This document shows positions 12,651 through 25,861 of a DNA stretch of 64,000 nt, piece after piece (positions within the stretch are counted from its first letter, which is position 1; the number at the start of each line of letters is the position of its first letter). This DNA is from Octopus sinensis. Taxonomy: Eukaryota. The stretch lies in assembly GCF_006345805.1 (NCBI RefSeq), contig NC_043001.1:20274001-20338000 (forward strand), written 5' to 3'. A program made the position numbers and the translations under genes. Below the pieces are notes generated by a model, which did no database searches, had not been told where the DNA came from, and worked only from the letters and a program-made list of their open reading frames with translations.

Positions 12651-13137
12651 AGACAATCTCCACTGATTAAATAGAACTATGATCAAAGGTATTCCAGCCA
12701 TGACATGTCATCTTATTTTTAGACAATATATCTAGGACTACATTTTCCAATGTGTCCCCACCCTCTTTTTTGTTTTTTTTCTTTTAAGATAATAACAGTT
12801 TGAGGTGAAGCAATCTTACACAGGCCCTTTCACTCACACATGCTCCCTAGTTTATACAGTTACTTATAACAAAGGGAGACTCTCAACAGGCATCTGAATA
12901 AATACTATTCATTCTCTTGTTCTTTTCTGTTTCACAAGGTTTCTATAAATTTTGCCATGTTTGTTGTGTTAACATTAAATACATGATAGAGATAATAAGT
13001 AAAAATGTGACACAGTAGGACAACAAAGGACCATTTGGAAAAACAGGAAAATACACACACAAGGAACAGAATGTGTTCAATTCTTCATTAGTTATCGACC
13101 AAATTTTATCACAATTTTACTGCTTTGGACACTAAAC

Positions 13138-13655
13138 TCTGCTTGTGAAGACCTGTTGAGGTAAGTGAAATCGAAATCAAAATCAAATTTGATGACTGGC
13201 ATCTGTGCTAATGGAGCGCTAAGAGTACCATACGAGTGAGATCATTGCCCGAGCAACAAGCTGGTCTCTGTACTGATGGCATGTAAAAAGCACCATTCAA
13301 GCGTGATCGTTACCTGCATCACCTTACTGGCACTTGTGCTGGTGGCATGTGAAAAAACATTCAAGCGAGGTCATTGCCAGTGCCACTGGACTGGCTCCTG
13401 TGCAGGTGGCACATAAAAAGCCCCATTTGAGCATGGCCATTACCAGTACCGCCTCACTGGCCCTCGTGCTGGTGGCATGTAAAAGCACCCACTACACTCT
13501 CGGAGTGGTTGGCGTTAGGAAGGGCATCCAGCTGCAGAAACTCTGCCCGATCAAGATTGGAGCCTGGTGCAGCCATCTGGTTCGCCAGTCCTCAGTCAAA
13601 CCATCCAACCCATGCTAGCATGGAAAGCGGATGTTAAATGATGATGATGATGATT
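13138..13655 (+). mobile_element. SINE type C, long form with internal tggcacgtaaaaagcacc repeats
   Basis: Similar to other copies. Confidence 0.8.
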
Positions 13656-13857
13656 GATTGATTGATTGAAATAAATTATATTTAAACCCTTTCAATCCCA
13701 ACCTGCTTAATATCACTTCTGGCTCCATCCTACAAATAATCCTTTTAAAGTGTTTATGGAGAAGGCATAAGAGAAGAAAGGTATGGAAGCTGTAAGGTGT
13801 TTTTGCATGACATAGGTACAGAGAAGGTTCAGCTGACATTTGTTGGGAATGAATATG

Positions 13858-14417
13858 TACCAGGTTCAGTCAAAAGGTTTTTTTAGATTTTTCTCTGATG
13901 ATTTTTGACAATTTGTATCTCCATGTTATATCATTAATTTGATACAACTTGATGTCCAACAGTTGCTAAATTAGTTGTATACTGTCAACTTAATGTGACA
14001 GTCCCATGAAGGGAATCATACTACTGCTATTTAGCCCTAGGAAGCAGCAACGCTTCCTGTCAGCCTTGACACATTTCATGTATCCTTATGTTTGCAAGGG
14101 GGAGATAAGCACACCCACCCAGCTAAGCCTGCATCCAGAAATGTATTATTTCTATAGTTGCTAAATTGTTTCTTCGTTATTTTCATATATAACATATAAA
14201 CGTTAATTATTTATTCTTTATTTTACAGCTTTGGTAATGATTGGTGAAAAAACTGCAATTAGAACCATTTTATGCAGCCTGTGGAAGAAATCAATAATGT
14301 GGAAGGCCTAAAAATTGTCAACAAACATATGACACAAAAGTGGTTCAGATGTTTCAAGGAAGGTGATACTAGCCTCGAAGGCCAACTAATGTCAGGAAAA
14401 CCTTCAGGGAGAAAGAG
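13858..14417 (+). mobile_element. Mariner transposase remnant
   Basis: EINNVEG..TQKWFRCFKEGDTSLEGQLMSGKPS matches the mariner HTH W-F-x-x-F..R-S-G-R-P pattern. Confidence 0.65.
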
Positions 14418-15127
14418 AAACTATGCTAAGTAGACCCAACAGAGGAACCAGTTGTTGAGGTTTATAATAGTATAGTCCAGGAGTAGTTACTGAGATGCAC
14501 AGAGTCAATCACATACAAGGAGATGTCCTATCCAATGATTGACATAGCAAAATCATTATCAGTTTCAAGTTTTGGCACAAGGCCAGCACCTTTGGGGAAG
14601 GGGTTAAGTTGATTACATTCACCCCAGTGTTCAACGGGTACTTAATTTATCGACACCAAAAGGATGAAAGGCAAAGGTGACCTCGACAGAATTTTAACTC
14701 ATAACATAAGAATGGACTAAATTTTGCTAAGTATTTTGCCTGGCATGCTAACAATTCTGTCAGCTGGCCACCTTTGCATAGCAGTGTCAATATCAATAGC
14801 TACAAGGGCAAAGAGATGGTCTGAAAAGAAGCAACTACCCCAAGGCATCAAACTGATGGACAAAATTTTAAAAAGTAACAGGAAAAGTTATAACACAATT
14901 GATTAGAGAGAGAAGTGGCTTAGATGAAATGCAGTTTGGGTTTTTTTGTTGGGACAAGGTCTCAGAAAAGCTAAGGGTTTAAAAGCTGAGGGTTTAAATG
15001 CTATTCTTTTTAACATCATTTCCCTTTCTACATAGAACTGAAAGTAATTAAGATTATAAGCTACTGCAGATCCCTCAGATTTTAATATTTTTTAAAATCT
15101 TTATATCAAAATACTAATATTTATTCT

Positions 15128-15357
15128 TTAACCCTTTTGATACCAACCCGGCCAAAACTGCCTCTGGCTCTGTAGTACAAATATCTTACTTTCATAAGTA
15201 TTGAATTAAAATCTTCCACCAAACCTTAGTCACAATTTATGTTCCTAATACTAGCTTAATGATAACTAAGTTATTTTACTATATTCTTTGTTATATTTAA
15301 AATTAATTGAAAGAAACACAGGGCATCTCAAAATAAATACGGTAACGAAAGGGTTAA
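15128..15357. mobile_element. TTAA-specific MITE, family 2
   Basis: ttaa-cccttt..gatacca...ggtaacgaaaggg-ttaa. Confidence 0.8.
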
Positions 15358-15493
15358 TAAGCATTCAGTCAGTTTGAATAAGGAGTTTTATTCAAGTGTT
15401 TTTTCTTTTGATAGGAAAATATACCAATAGCAATTTATTTTTCAACTTCAGGGTTGTTATTCTATTACAACAAACAAACATATTATTATGATT

Positions 15494-15566
15494 GTTGAAT
15501 TAGGTGAGATGGTAGAACCAATGCTTTGCATGCAAGAGATACTGGGATCGATACCTGGATTCTCCA
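15494..15566 (+). pseudogene. tRNA-Ala(TGC)-derived pseudogene
   Basis: 73 nt, gttGAATTAGgTgAGATGGTAGA...GCTTTGCATGC...GGGATCGATacCtGgATTCTCCA, aligns to eukaryotic tRNA-Ala as recalled. Acceptor, D and anticodon stems are broken. Confidence 0.7.
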
Positions 15567-15613
15567 ATGAAAATTTTTTGTTGTGGTGAACATGAGCACT
15601 GTATACAATAATT

Positions 15614-15644
<31 letters not shown>

Positions 15645-16607
15645 AAGATCATCATTGTCACTGCCTTTGTTGTTGCCACCATTGCTGACATTGCCGTCAT
15701 CTTCATTGCCACCGTCACTGTCATTCCTGTCAACATCGTGGATTGGACAATTTGACAGGAGTTGGCAGTGGTGGTGGCTTCCTCTGTTCCTTCTTCCTTG
15801 TAGGGTTTTTATTGATGACGATCATGATTGTGATGGTGATGATCATGTTTCAAACAGAAAAAAATACTGTGATGCAGAAAAAACATAAAAAAATAAAAAC
15901 TGGAAGATAAGAACTGATATTAATTACAAAAATATTTATTAGAATATTGACAATGATACTTTTGATGTTGATGATGATGATGATGATCATCATCATCATC
16001 ATCATCATTGTCATCATTTTCACATGCATTTTCCACATTGTCATTTACTGAATCTGGTTGTCACAGTCTGTGTTGCTGGCCTTCCAGATGGACTGAAGGA
16101 ACACATCTTACTTTCACATCTGCTTTCAGCTTGGCTTCTATAGTTGGATGCACTTTCAATCACCAACCACTTTACAGAGTGTACTTGGTACATTTTATTA
16201 TGGTAAGAACACCAAAGAGATTGTCATACTAACAACAAGACTAGAGAAATCTCTCAATTGTACATTGTCCTTATGCAATTCACTAACTGCTAACTGTTTT
16301 ACAAACTGTACAATGGTTTCATCATGGTACCAGCATTAGTCACCTTGTTACGCACAGGTCACCTTGTTACACACAGACTTAAGAGCCTCTTCTATTTCTG
16401 TAAGAAGGAAAATAGAAGGGCGGATAATGATAGAAGTTGAACTTAAAATGAAATGGTGACAGAAGTGAAAATACAATGCAAGAAACAGAATTATTGTTGT
16501 GAGAAAGTGGTAGAAGAGAGAATAACAGCCGAGTCAGTGCTTGTGGGAAGTAATAGAAGAGAAACAGTAATGGCAGGTGATAGTGGGAGAGAAGGAAAGA
16601 TGACAAG

Positions 16608-17023
16608 GTGGCGAGCTGGCAGTAACGTTAGCATGCTGGGCGAAATGCTTAGCGGTATTTCGTCTGCCGCTACGTTCTGAGTTCAAATTCCACCGAGCTC
16701 GACTTTGCCTTTCATCCTTTCGGGGTCGATAAATTAAGTACCAGTTACGCACTGGATTGATGTAATCGACTTAATCCCTTTGTCTGTCCCTGTTTGTCCT
16801 CTCTGTGTTTAGCCCCTTTTGGGTAGTAAAGAAATAGGTATTTCGTCCGTCGCTACGTTCTGAGTTCAAATTCCACCGAGGTCGACTTTGCCTTTCATCC
16901 TTTCAGGGTCGATAAATTAAGTACCAGTTACGCACTGGGGGTCGATGTTATTGTATTAATCCCTTTGTCTGTCCCTGTTTGTCCTCTGTGTGTTTAGCCC
17001 CTTGTGGGTAGTAAAGAAATAGG
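16608..17023 (+). mobile_element. SINE type A dimer
   Basis: Same dimer junction. Confidence 0.85.
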
Positions 17024-17399
17024 AAAGATGACAGGTACCTGTTTAGTGATGAGTGGGTAAGTGATTGATGGATAGTTGAAGGTAGGAGAAGTAGAGTGGT
17101 GTATGTCAATTATAAGAAACTGGGAGAGGAGAAGGAGAAATGGCAAGAAAAGTGTGATGGCGGAATGATCCATCATTTCACTGGTATTTAGACAAGAGAG
17201 AGGGGAAGAGAGAGAGAGATAAAGAGAGAGAGAGAGAGAGAAGAGCAAGGAGGTGAAGGGGCAGTGGGGAAAAGGTGAGTGAAAGAGATGCAGGAGAGTG
17301 CCACAGAAGTGAAGGACAGAAGATGACAAAAAGGTGGAATGGGGGTGTCCCAGTCTCCATTACATCTTCCATTTTAGTATTGTTTCACTATATTTGCAT

Positions 17400-17940
17400 T
17401 GAGGTTGGAGAGGAGCCTTTTCCAGCACTGTCATCATGTTCCCTTGTTGTCTATTTTGTGAGACTTAGCACCAAAGACCAGTCTTTGCCACTTCATACCA
17501 TGTCTTCCTAGGTCTTTCTTAAATACAAGCTGCATCTACTTTGATTGCTCAGCACTTATCATATATATACAACAGTCATCATCCATGGACATCACTTGCC
17601 CAGACAAGTGCAATATTCTCCCTTGCACACCACGTCTGATTCCTTTTATATTTGACTTTTCTTCCAGTTCATTTATATTGTGTTAATTGTACACACTAAC
17701 ATCACGCATCCAGTTGAACATGTTTGCTGCATGTCTTTCCAGTCCTCACAAAAATCTCTGCATTTAAGGCTCATGTTTTATCACCATGCATAAACATCAT
17801 ACAGTCTGCCCTTCATTCTGAAAAAAGAAACCCTTTTTTTATCTGTAGAAGTCATGGCTCCTTGAAATTTCTTCACCTCATCCTTACTCACCTCCATGCA
17901 TTTGGTATACCCACTTCCACTCCTAATTCGGTTACCTAGA
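17400..17940 (-). mobile_element. RTE-clade LINE 3' fragment
   Basis: Decayed RMKGRLYD, GIRRGVQ, GQVMSMDDD, RPRKTWYEV motifs. Confidence 0.7.
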
Positions 17941-18120
17941 TAAAAGAAGCTATTAACAATTATTAGGGAGCTGTCTGAGCATTTCTAGTACAAAAATACT
18001 CATAATGTTTACCATGCCCATGTAATAGGTTCTCTTAAATGCCACTCTTATATGAATTGTGAACATCAAGCTTGTAATCTGGCTTGTGTCCTCTGAAATA
18101 TTTGACCAGCAAATTATCCA

Positions 18121-19025
18121 CTAACACTCAATTGTACTTTGTACATTTCTGTCATTTCTTTCATTAATCCTCTCCAGGTAAACAGATATCTGATCTGTAC
18201 CAGTTTCTGAAACAGTATAGCTTACGCTGTCACTTCCGTTCGGTCTAGAGTTTGTAAATGTATTGTTTTTATATACTTCAAATGACATACCGTCAGAAAC
18301 TTTTGAATTCTTGTCAAAACTGAAGTTAGACAAAGTATCATTAATTTCAGATTTGGGAAACATGTCAGTGTACCAATTAGGAAACATCCTTTGTTTATAG
18401 TCTCGAGAAACTAAAGCATCATTTAAATTTTGTATTTCTCGACTTTCTTTCCAGTTCATTTGGAATTTTACATAGTATCTACTTGGTTGTATTGCAGACT
18501 GTTGGTCATTTATGTCACATAAGAGATTTTCAATTTGATTCAAGTCCAGACTATTATTATTTGCCAAAACATTTGGCCTGTATAAGTAATACATATTTTC
18601 TTGGGAATCTGAGCATAACTGAGAATTTTCAAAATTACTCAGATCTTCAAATGTTACATGAAAAATGTTCTTTGATTGATTTATATTATCTTTAGTGCAG
18701 AATTTAACAAGCTCAATTGTAAAATCAGCCATTTCTTGACCAATTCCATTTTTTTCCTCATTCTGGGAATGATAATACAGACCATCTGAATGAACAATAA
18801 TGAAGGTGTTGAAATAGTCATAAACATGTTGAATTTGTTTCTTAAGAAATTGGTTTCTTTTTAATTTTATTTCGTTGGAACTTCTTACATGTAAACTTGT
18901 ATAACTGTTTAGCATTATTGCTAGTTCTTTGACAGCAGCAGAGTGTTCCATGGGGTGAGGGAAACATATAACCAGTCCATATTGTTTTTGAGCATTCTTA
19001 CTGCCACATATATGTCGGAATAAAA
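18121..19025 (-). CDS. IL17R: IL-17 receptor-like gene, last coding exon (juxtamembrane + SEFIR domain + C-tail)
   Basis: The 276-aa ORF extends upstream in frame to a strong acceptor (tttttctttcag|tt). GLVICFPHPMEHSAAVKELAIMLNSY, FIIVHSDGLY and NIFHVTFE resemble SEFIR box motifs. Symbol is family-level only. Confidence 0.88.
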
Positions 19026-19500
19026 CTGAAAGAAAAAAAAAGAAGAGATATATTTTGATAAATGATAGGTTTTGATAAAATACAATATTTTGATAATTTC
19101 TTTTCCTGTTGCTGTTATTATCTCCATGATTGTCTTGTGTGTATGTATGAGCAGGAATGTATACTTATGTTGTGTGTGTGGTGGGGTGAATGTGTATATA
19201 TGTAAATGTATGCAAGTGGGTAATGAGAAGTTAACGAATAAAATATTGAAGTAAACAGCATAATGGGAACTCATCAGTTATGAGTTCAAATCTGGTGCAA
19301 GCTTTTCATTGTGTTTGGTCAGTAAAATTAATTCTGTATGCTTTAGTCTACAAAGTTCTTAATAATTTAAAACTGATTACCTTCCAATCACCTTATCTAA
19401 ATGTAACAACTTAAAACAGCAAACTCTAAGGCTAAGCTCCATATTTATGAAATTCTGTGGCTTGTTGACTCATTCTATATCATAGCAAAAAACCCTCGAC

Positions 19501-19729
19501 TTAACCCTTTAGTGTTTAAACCAACCATATCTGGCCAGAATATTTTCCTTGTTTTATGTTCAAACTTATGAGATTCAGCCTCTCACACCTACCCTACAAT
19601 GTCATTCTAAAGATAAATAATCACATCATCAAAATCTTGAAGCTATGAGACAATCACATGATTAATTCAAAACAATGTGAATAAATAAGCATTACATTTG
19701 ACTGAGTGATCTGAAAGCTACAGAGTTAA
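19501..19729. mobile_element. TTAA-specific MITE, family 1
   Basis: Similar along its length to 2007-2233; TTAA at both ends. Confidence 0.75.
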
Positions 19730-19989
19730 ACAGAATATTGTAGAAGTTTTCTGAATATAATTCAATGAAGAATTTGTGTAATGAATCTCACAACAGAAAT
19801 ACATTACAAAGAAACAATTCTAAAAGACCAACCTTCCAAAAAATAAATTCCAGCAGGAAATCCCGTCATAATTTAACAACAACAAATGGCACTCAGTCAG
19901 TTATGACGATGAGGGTTCCAGTTGATCCAATCAACAGAACAGCCTGCTCATTAAATTAAAATGAAAGTGGTTGAGCACTCCACAGACAC

Positions 19990-20264
19990 TCTTTTACACT
20001 TTTACTTGTTTCAGTCATTTGACTGCGGCCATGCTGGAGCACCGCCTTTAGTCGAGCAAATCGACCCCAGGACTTATTCTTTGTAAGCCTAGTACTTATT
20101 CTATCGATCTCTTTTGCCGAACTGCTAAGTTACGAGGACGTAAACACACCAGCATCAGTTGTGTCAAGCGATGTTGGGGGGGGACAAGCACAGTCACACA
20201 AACATAGACACACACACAGATACATACATACATACATACATACATACATACATACATACATACA

Positions 20265-20314
<50 letters not shown>

Positions 20315-20783
20315 CAATCAATATAAGGGTAACAAAAAATTCAAGAAAAATTTTCTGCCACCAGCGGTCAAGTGAGAAAATAGAAATAGTCACAGACTAT
20401 ATGATACATTCAAGAAAATATTAAGGAATGACCCTGAGAAGGTCGTTCGACTCACTTGAAAAGAGCAGCTAAAAACTCAAAACCGCAAAAAATATTAGTA
20501 ATTCTGAAACTAGAGGAAAATAAAAAACATTTATCCCCTTCAAACTTTGTACCCTGCAAGGTTTCAACATCTTCACAAGCCAAGCGTAAACGGATTTAAT
20601 TTAATTTAATTAAATTTGATTGCGTGAAGATGTTGAAACCTTGCAGGGTACAAAGTTTGAAGGGGATAAATGTTTTTTATTTTCCTCTAGTTTCAGAATT
20701 ACTAATATTTTTGCGGTTTGAGTTTTTAGCTGCTCTTTTCAAGTGAGTCGAACGACCTTCTCAGGGTCATTCCTTAATATTTT

Positions 20784-20824
<41 letters not shown>

Positions 20825-21018
20825 GTATATATATATATATATATACATATGTATGACAGGCTTCTTTCAGTTTCTGTCTACCAAATCCACTCACAAGCTT
20901 TGGTCAGCCTGAGGCTATAGCAGAAGACACTTGCCCAAGATGCCACGCAGTGGGACTGAATCCGGAACCATGTGGTTGGTAAGCAAGCTACTTACTACAC
21001 AGCCACTCCTACACCTAC
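19990..21018 (-). mobile_element. SINE type B split by the fold-back element
   Basis: Halves at 19990-20311 and 20786-21018. Confidence 0.8.
20312..20785. mobile_element. Second copy of the hammerhead-bearing repeat, with a fold-back inversion
   Basis: Arms 20415-20576 and 20624-20783 are near-perfect reverse complements; the element sits in the (TA)n of a SINE. Confidence 0.75.
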
Positions 21019-21397
21019 AGCAGGTTTCTTTCAGTTTTCATCAATCAAATCTACTAACAAGGCTTTAATTAGCATGAAACTATAGTAGAAGATACTTGCT
21101 CAAGGTGGCATGCAGTGAGAATGAACCTATGATTAAAGATATTCCAGCTATGACTGTCCATGATTTTTAAACAACAGGGAAGTGATTTGAAATAGATTTC
21201 ACAGCTTTTTTTCACTCGACTACGCATGCATATAAATGTTCCATCATTTGTTTTTTTACATCAATAAATTGTGAATTGTGGAGATATTTTATAACTGTCA
21301 GTTCCTTCATATGTGAAGCACTGTGAAGTAGAAATTTGATTGATATGAAGCAAATATATCTGAAGTATTTCAATCCAGCGTTTAAGTTCAGATAACA

Positions 21398-21800
21398 TCA
21401 TCATCGTTTAACGTCTGCTTTCCATGCTAGCATACGTTGGACGATTTGACCGAGGACTGGCAAACCAGATGGCTGCAATTGGCTCCAATCTTGATCTGGC
21501 GGGGTTTCTACACCTAGATGCCCTTCCTAATACCAACCACTCCAAGAGTGTAGTGGGTGCTTTTACGTGCCACCGGCACGAGGGCCAGTCAGGCGGTACT
21601 GGCAACGGCCACACTCAAATGGTGTTTTTTACGTGCCACCTGCACAAGAGCTAGTCCAGTGGCACTGGCAACGACCTTGCTTGAATGTTTTTTCACATGC
21701 CACCAGCACAAGTGTTAGTAAGGCAATGCAGGTAACGATCATGCTCAAATGGTGCTTTTTACGTGTCACTGGCACAGAAACCAGACAGCTGCTCTGGCAA
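21398..21800 (-). mobile_element. SINE type C
   Basis: Similar to other copies. Confidence 0.8.
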
Positions 21801-22619
21801 CTTGCTACTCAGGCAACGTTAGCTGGTCATATTTTATAATTATAATCCAAATAGAGAGCGGTGGGTGAGAGAGAGAGAGAGATCAAGGGAGCTTTGAGCC
21901 TCAAGCCATAGAGAGTCTCTACATGGTTGCTAGATCTGCTAGAAATAGGTCTCAAGTTTCCCTCAAATCACATCTTGTTATTTTGAAAAGGAACACTAGA
22001 TAAAACAGGGCTTAACACATAGACACACATGGCTGAATGGTTAAGGAGTTTATTTTATAATCACAAGATCCTGAGTTCAACCCCACCTCATGACAGCTTG
22101 GACATATCTTTTTGCTATAGCTTCATGTTAATTCTAGCCTTGTGAGTAGAATTAGGTCGATGGAGACTGTGGAATCCTATCAGATGGATTGTATCTGTAT
22201 TTCAAAGGTCTAACCTTGTCAGATACTGTCATATTTATTCATACTATCTGTCTACCTCTGTCTCTGTGTTTCAGTTTGTCTATCTTTCTGTCTGTTTTTG
22301 TCTCTGTCTGTTTCTGTTTGCATGTCTCTCTTTCTGTCTGTCTGTCTTTCTGCCTGCCTGTCTCTATCTGTTTCTGTTTGTCTTTCTGTCTGTCAGACTG
22401 TAAAGTATTAATATGTATGTATAATATATAATATATATCATAAAAATATGTTGGTGTTATTTAATTTCTGAACAGTTTTGCTGCTGTGTGTTTATGTAGT
22501 TTGATTTCTTTATCCATCAGTTTCTACTAAGATAGAGATGCAAGCAAAATTAATAATAGAGAAACAAAAATAAAACTTGGGAAACAGCCTAAAGGGAGAT
22601 AATTGAGAAAGACTTGAAA

Positions 22620-22850
22620 GTCAACATAAGATTGTAATCAGGTAATGCAAATAAAATAAATAATCCTGAATCCTTGTCCAGCACCAAATTGATCCCAAAA
22701 TCTAATCAGTTTGTGCCAGTCATGAGGCCAAGCATCCCTGAAAGTTTCATCTGAATCCATCCAGCAGTTCTTGAGATATCTTGTCCACAGACAAACAAAC
22801 ACGACTGAAAACAATATCTCTGCCTTAGCGAAGGCAGAGGTAATGATAAT
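22620..22850 (-). mobile_element. Helentron/DINE-like non-autonomous element
   Basis: ttattac-ctctgcc ttcgct aaggcagag hairpin followed by gtttgtttgtctgt. Confidence 0.5.
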
Positions 22851-22914
22851 GATGATGATGATGATAATGATAATAATAATAACAATAATAATAATAGTAC
22901 CAAGCAGTGGCACT

Positions 22915-23402
22915 TGTCATTTCTGATCTTAACTGATTGGAAGTGTTATCATGTACATTGTTTTGTCTTGGTATAAAGATGGGCTACAGCAAATATTCTG
23001 CTCAATACCACAGATTTGCTTGTCAGTTGTTTGACCTTAACCAGTTGATCATGTCTCTTAGTGTCTGACGATATGTGCATCTCTGATCATGAGCAGAAGT
23101 AGTGGGGGAGCATCATAACCATGTGTTGGGAAGGATTCTTTGGGGTTTGAATAATTCACCTGTGAAAACATGGGTGTTTCATTCAACATCCATAAATAAC
23201 CCTTATTCATGGACCTTTTGTGCAGGATGGGTTACTCGAGCAGAAGAAAATTCTAACTGGCCCCACCTGCAAGGTCATGCACATATGGTTGTGATGCATG
23301 TGCCTGGTGTACCCTTATCAGACGGGTAGTCATGATGGGTATACTGGGCTTCGTATATTTTATCCCAGTGTCACTTTGATGGCATGCACTGCTCTCTCAC
23401 TC

Positions 23403-23460
<58 letters not shown>
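22915..23460 (+). mobile_element. Retroelement-derived repeat embedded in (AAT)n
   Basis: Non-coding GC-richer block with an (AAT)n tail and an AAT/GAT tract upstream; family not assignable. Confidence 0.45.
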
Positions 23461-23461
<1 letters not shown>

Positions 23462-23996
23462 TAGTAGTAGTAGTAGTAATAATAATAAAAGTAATAATGG
23501 CTTCAAATTTTAGCCCAAGGTCAGCAATTTCAGGATCGGAGTAAGTTGATTACAATGATCTCTGTACTCAACTGGTACTTATTTGAATAACTCTGAAAGG
23601 ATGAAAGATAAAGAGGATCTTGGCAGGATTTGAACTCAGAATGCAAAGATGGACAAAACACCACTAAGCATCTTGCCTGGCATGATAAGAATTCATGAGA
23701 TAGCCACCCAAATGATAGTAATAATATTTCTTTCTGCTATAGGCTTAAAGCCTGAAACTTTGGTGCAGGGGGCCACTCGATTATATTAACTCCAGTATAT
23801 GACTGGTACTTATTTTATCAGTCCCGAAAGGATAAAACGGGTGAAGTCGACCTCAACAACATTTGAACCCAGAACATGAAGTTGGAAGAAATGCTACAAA
23901 GTATTTTCTGTGGTGCAGTAGTGATTCTGGTATCTCATCACCTCCAGGGACTACATAATAATAACATTAACAATAACTTCAATAGTAATAACTTAC

Positions 23997-24134
23997 CAAG
24001 CGATCCAATAAAAAGCATTAAAAAGAAGAGGACAATTATAGTTATTACAGTTGCAGTAAGGCCTTTGTTCTTGGAAACTTCGCTGGGTGTTGATCTTGAT
24101 GTTGTTGGTATTAATGTTGAACTGGAAATATTTT
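23997..24134 (-). CDS. IL17R-like exon: Ser/Thr stalk + transmembrane helix
   Basis: tttttcag|AA...TTG|gtaagt, 138 nt, phase 1-1. Encodes (E)NISSSTLIPTTSRSTPSEVSKNKGLTATVITIIVLFFLMLFIGSL and joins the SEFIR exon in frame. Confidence 0.85.
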
Positions 24135-24169
24135 CTGAAAAATCATTTCAAAAAGAAATAAGTTAATTG

Positions 24170-24830
24170 CTAAATTCCTTTAAATGTTTGTCCTCAAAAA
24201 TAGGAGTTTTTAATTATACGAAAATAGTATTTTTTATTACGTTTATATATTCATTTTGCAAGATTCTTGATGTGAAATCGTGTGTTGAAACAGATGTTGT
24301 TGTATTTAGGAATGGTCATTTTGCCAGTTTAGCCAATAAAAATAAAATGATTGACCATTAGTAAGGAGAGACACACAAATAAGAAAGAAGAAAGCAAAGG
24401 ACCACTGATGAGGTCACAAAAGTGTGACAAAAGAACTCTGGCCGAAATAAGATTATGATTAATGTAAGAAATAAATAACGCTGAAGCAAATTAACACCAA
24501 ATATATAGTGCGTGTGTTTTTATTGGCTAAACTGGCAAAATGATCATTCCTAAATACAACAACAGTATTTTTTATACTATCAAAATTGATTGTTTCAATA
24601 AATAATTATTTCTAATAATGGTACAAGTCCAGAAATTAGTGGAGAAGATTTAACCAATTATTCTATTTTGGGATGGTCATTTTATTTTTTGGCCAAATAA
24701 ATACACGCACTACATATGTATATATATATTTTTTTTTCCTTCACTCGTTTATTAGTGTCATTTTATTATTTTAAAGCCTGACCATTGTCCAGAAATCTTT
24801 TGTTACACATCTGTGACCTCTTCAATGACA
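24170..24830. mobile_element. Penelope-like terminal-repeat remnants in inverted arrangement
   Basis: 48-bp inverted repeat 24295-24342 / 24517-24564; CTGATGA..GAAA remnant at ~24405; a related inverted segment near 24740-24830. Confidence 0.5.
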
Positions 24831-25072
24831 TTTTGCGTTTCCATGTGTGTTCTTGGTCCACTTACTCCATTCTGTTCTTCTAAGATGTGAATCCTCATGT
24901 GCACATGTGTTTGTGTCCTTGTTTGTGTGTGTATATGTATGTGTATGCTTGTGTGTGAGTCATAGCTTTTAGCAGCAGTATGGCCTTCCCCTCAGCCCCA
25001 AACTCTCACCCCATTGTGCTGCTGCTGTCCTAAGACCCAAGAAAATTAAAAAGAGATTTACTAGGATTAGGG

Positions 25073-25410
25073 GCAGGCATGGCTTTGTGGTAAGTTGCTT
25101 GCTTACCACCTCATGGTTCTGGGCTCAGTCCCACTGTGTGGCACCTTGGGTAAGTGTCTTCTACAATATCATGGGGCCAACCAAAGCCTTGTGAGTGGAT
25201 TTGGTTGAGGGAAACTGAAAGAAGCCTGTCGTATGTGTGTGTCTGTGTGTTTGTCCTCCCCCCCCCACGCCATCGCTTGACAGCTGTTCTGGTGTGTTTA
25301 CGTCCTCGTAACTTAGCGGTTTGGTAAAAGAGACTGATATTTGTTTGACTAAAGGCGGTGCCCCAGCAGGGCCACAGTCAGATGACTGAAACAAATAGAA
25401 GAATAGAAGT
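25073..25410 (+). mobile_element. SINE type B
   Basis: Similar to other copies. Confidence 0.8.
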
Positions 25411-25861
25411 ATTACTTTAATCCTAGTACTTGACTGGTACTTTATCATATTGACTCCAGGGTAATGAAAGGCGAAGTTGATCCTTACAGAATTTGAACAC
25501 TGTATTTAAGCATCTAGAAAAAAAAATTCTGCAATGTATTGTATTTCACTCAACAATCTTACCAGTTGTGCCTGTTCATCTATCCTGATGATGATAATGA
25601 TGATGATGATGATGATGAACATGATGATAATGATAATGATAATGATGTCACGATAAAAGCACACACATACACAATGTCATGATAAAAACACACACACACA
25701 CTCACACACACTCAGGAGCATATCATTACCTCAGTTTATAGAAGACCTGAGTTTACACAGAAACCCTAGTGATAACAGCATAAATGAGGCAGAACCTTTA
25801 AGGGGAAGCCTCTTGCTCAGAAGTGGTTCTGTACAGATGCAGACTAACCTCAATCATTATT

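Noticed and set aside
22525-22588. Hydrophobic stretch GCFPSFIFVSLLLILLASLS as a TM exon
   Set aside because: Ends in a stop with no phase-compatible donor; T-rich DNA yields such peptides by chance.
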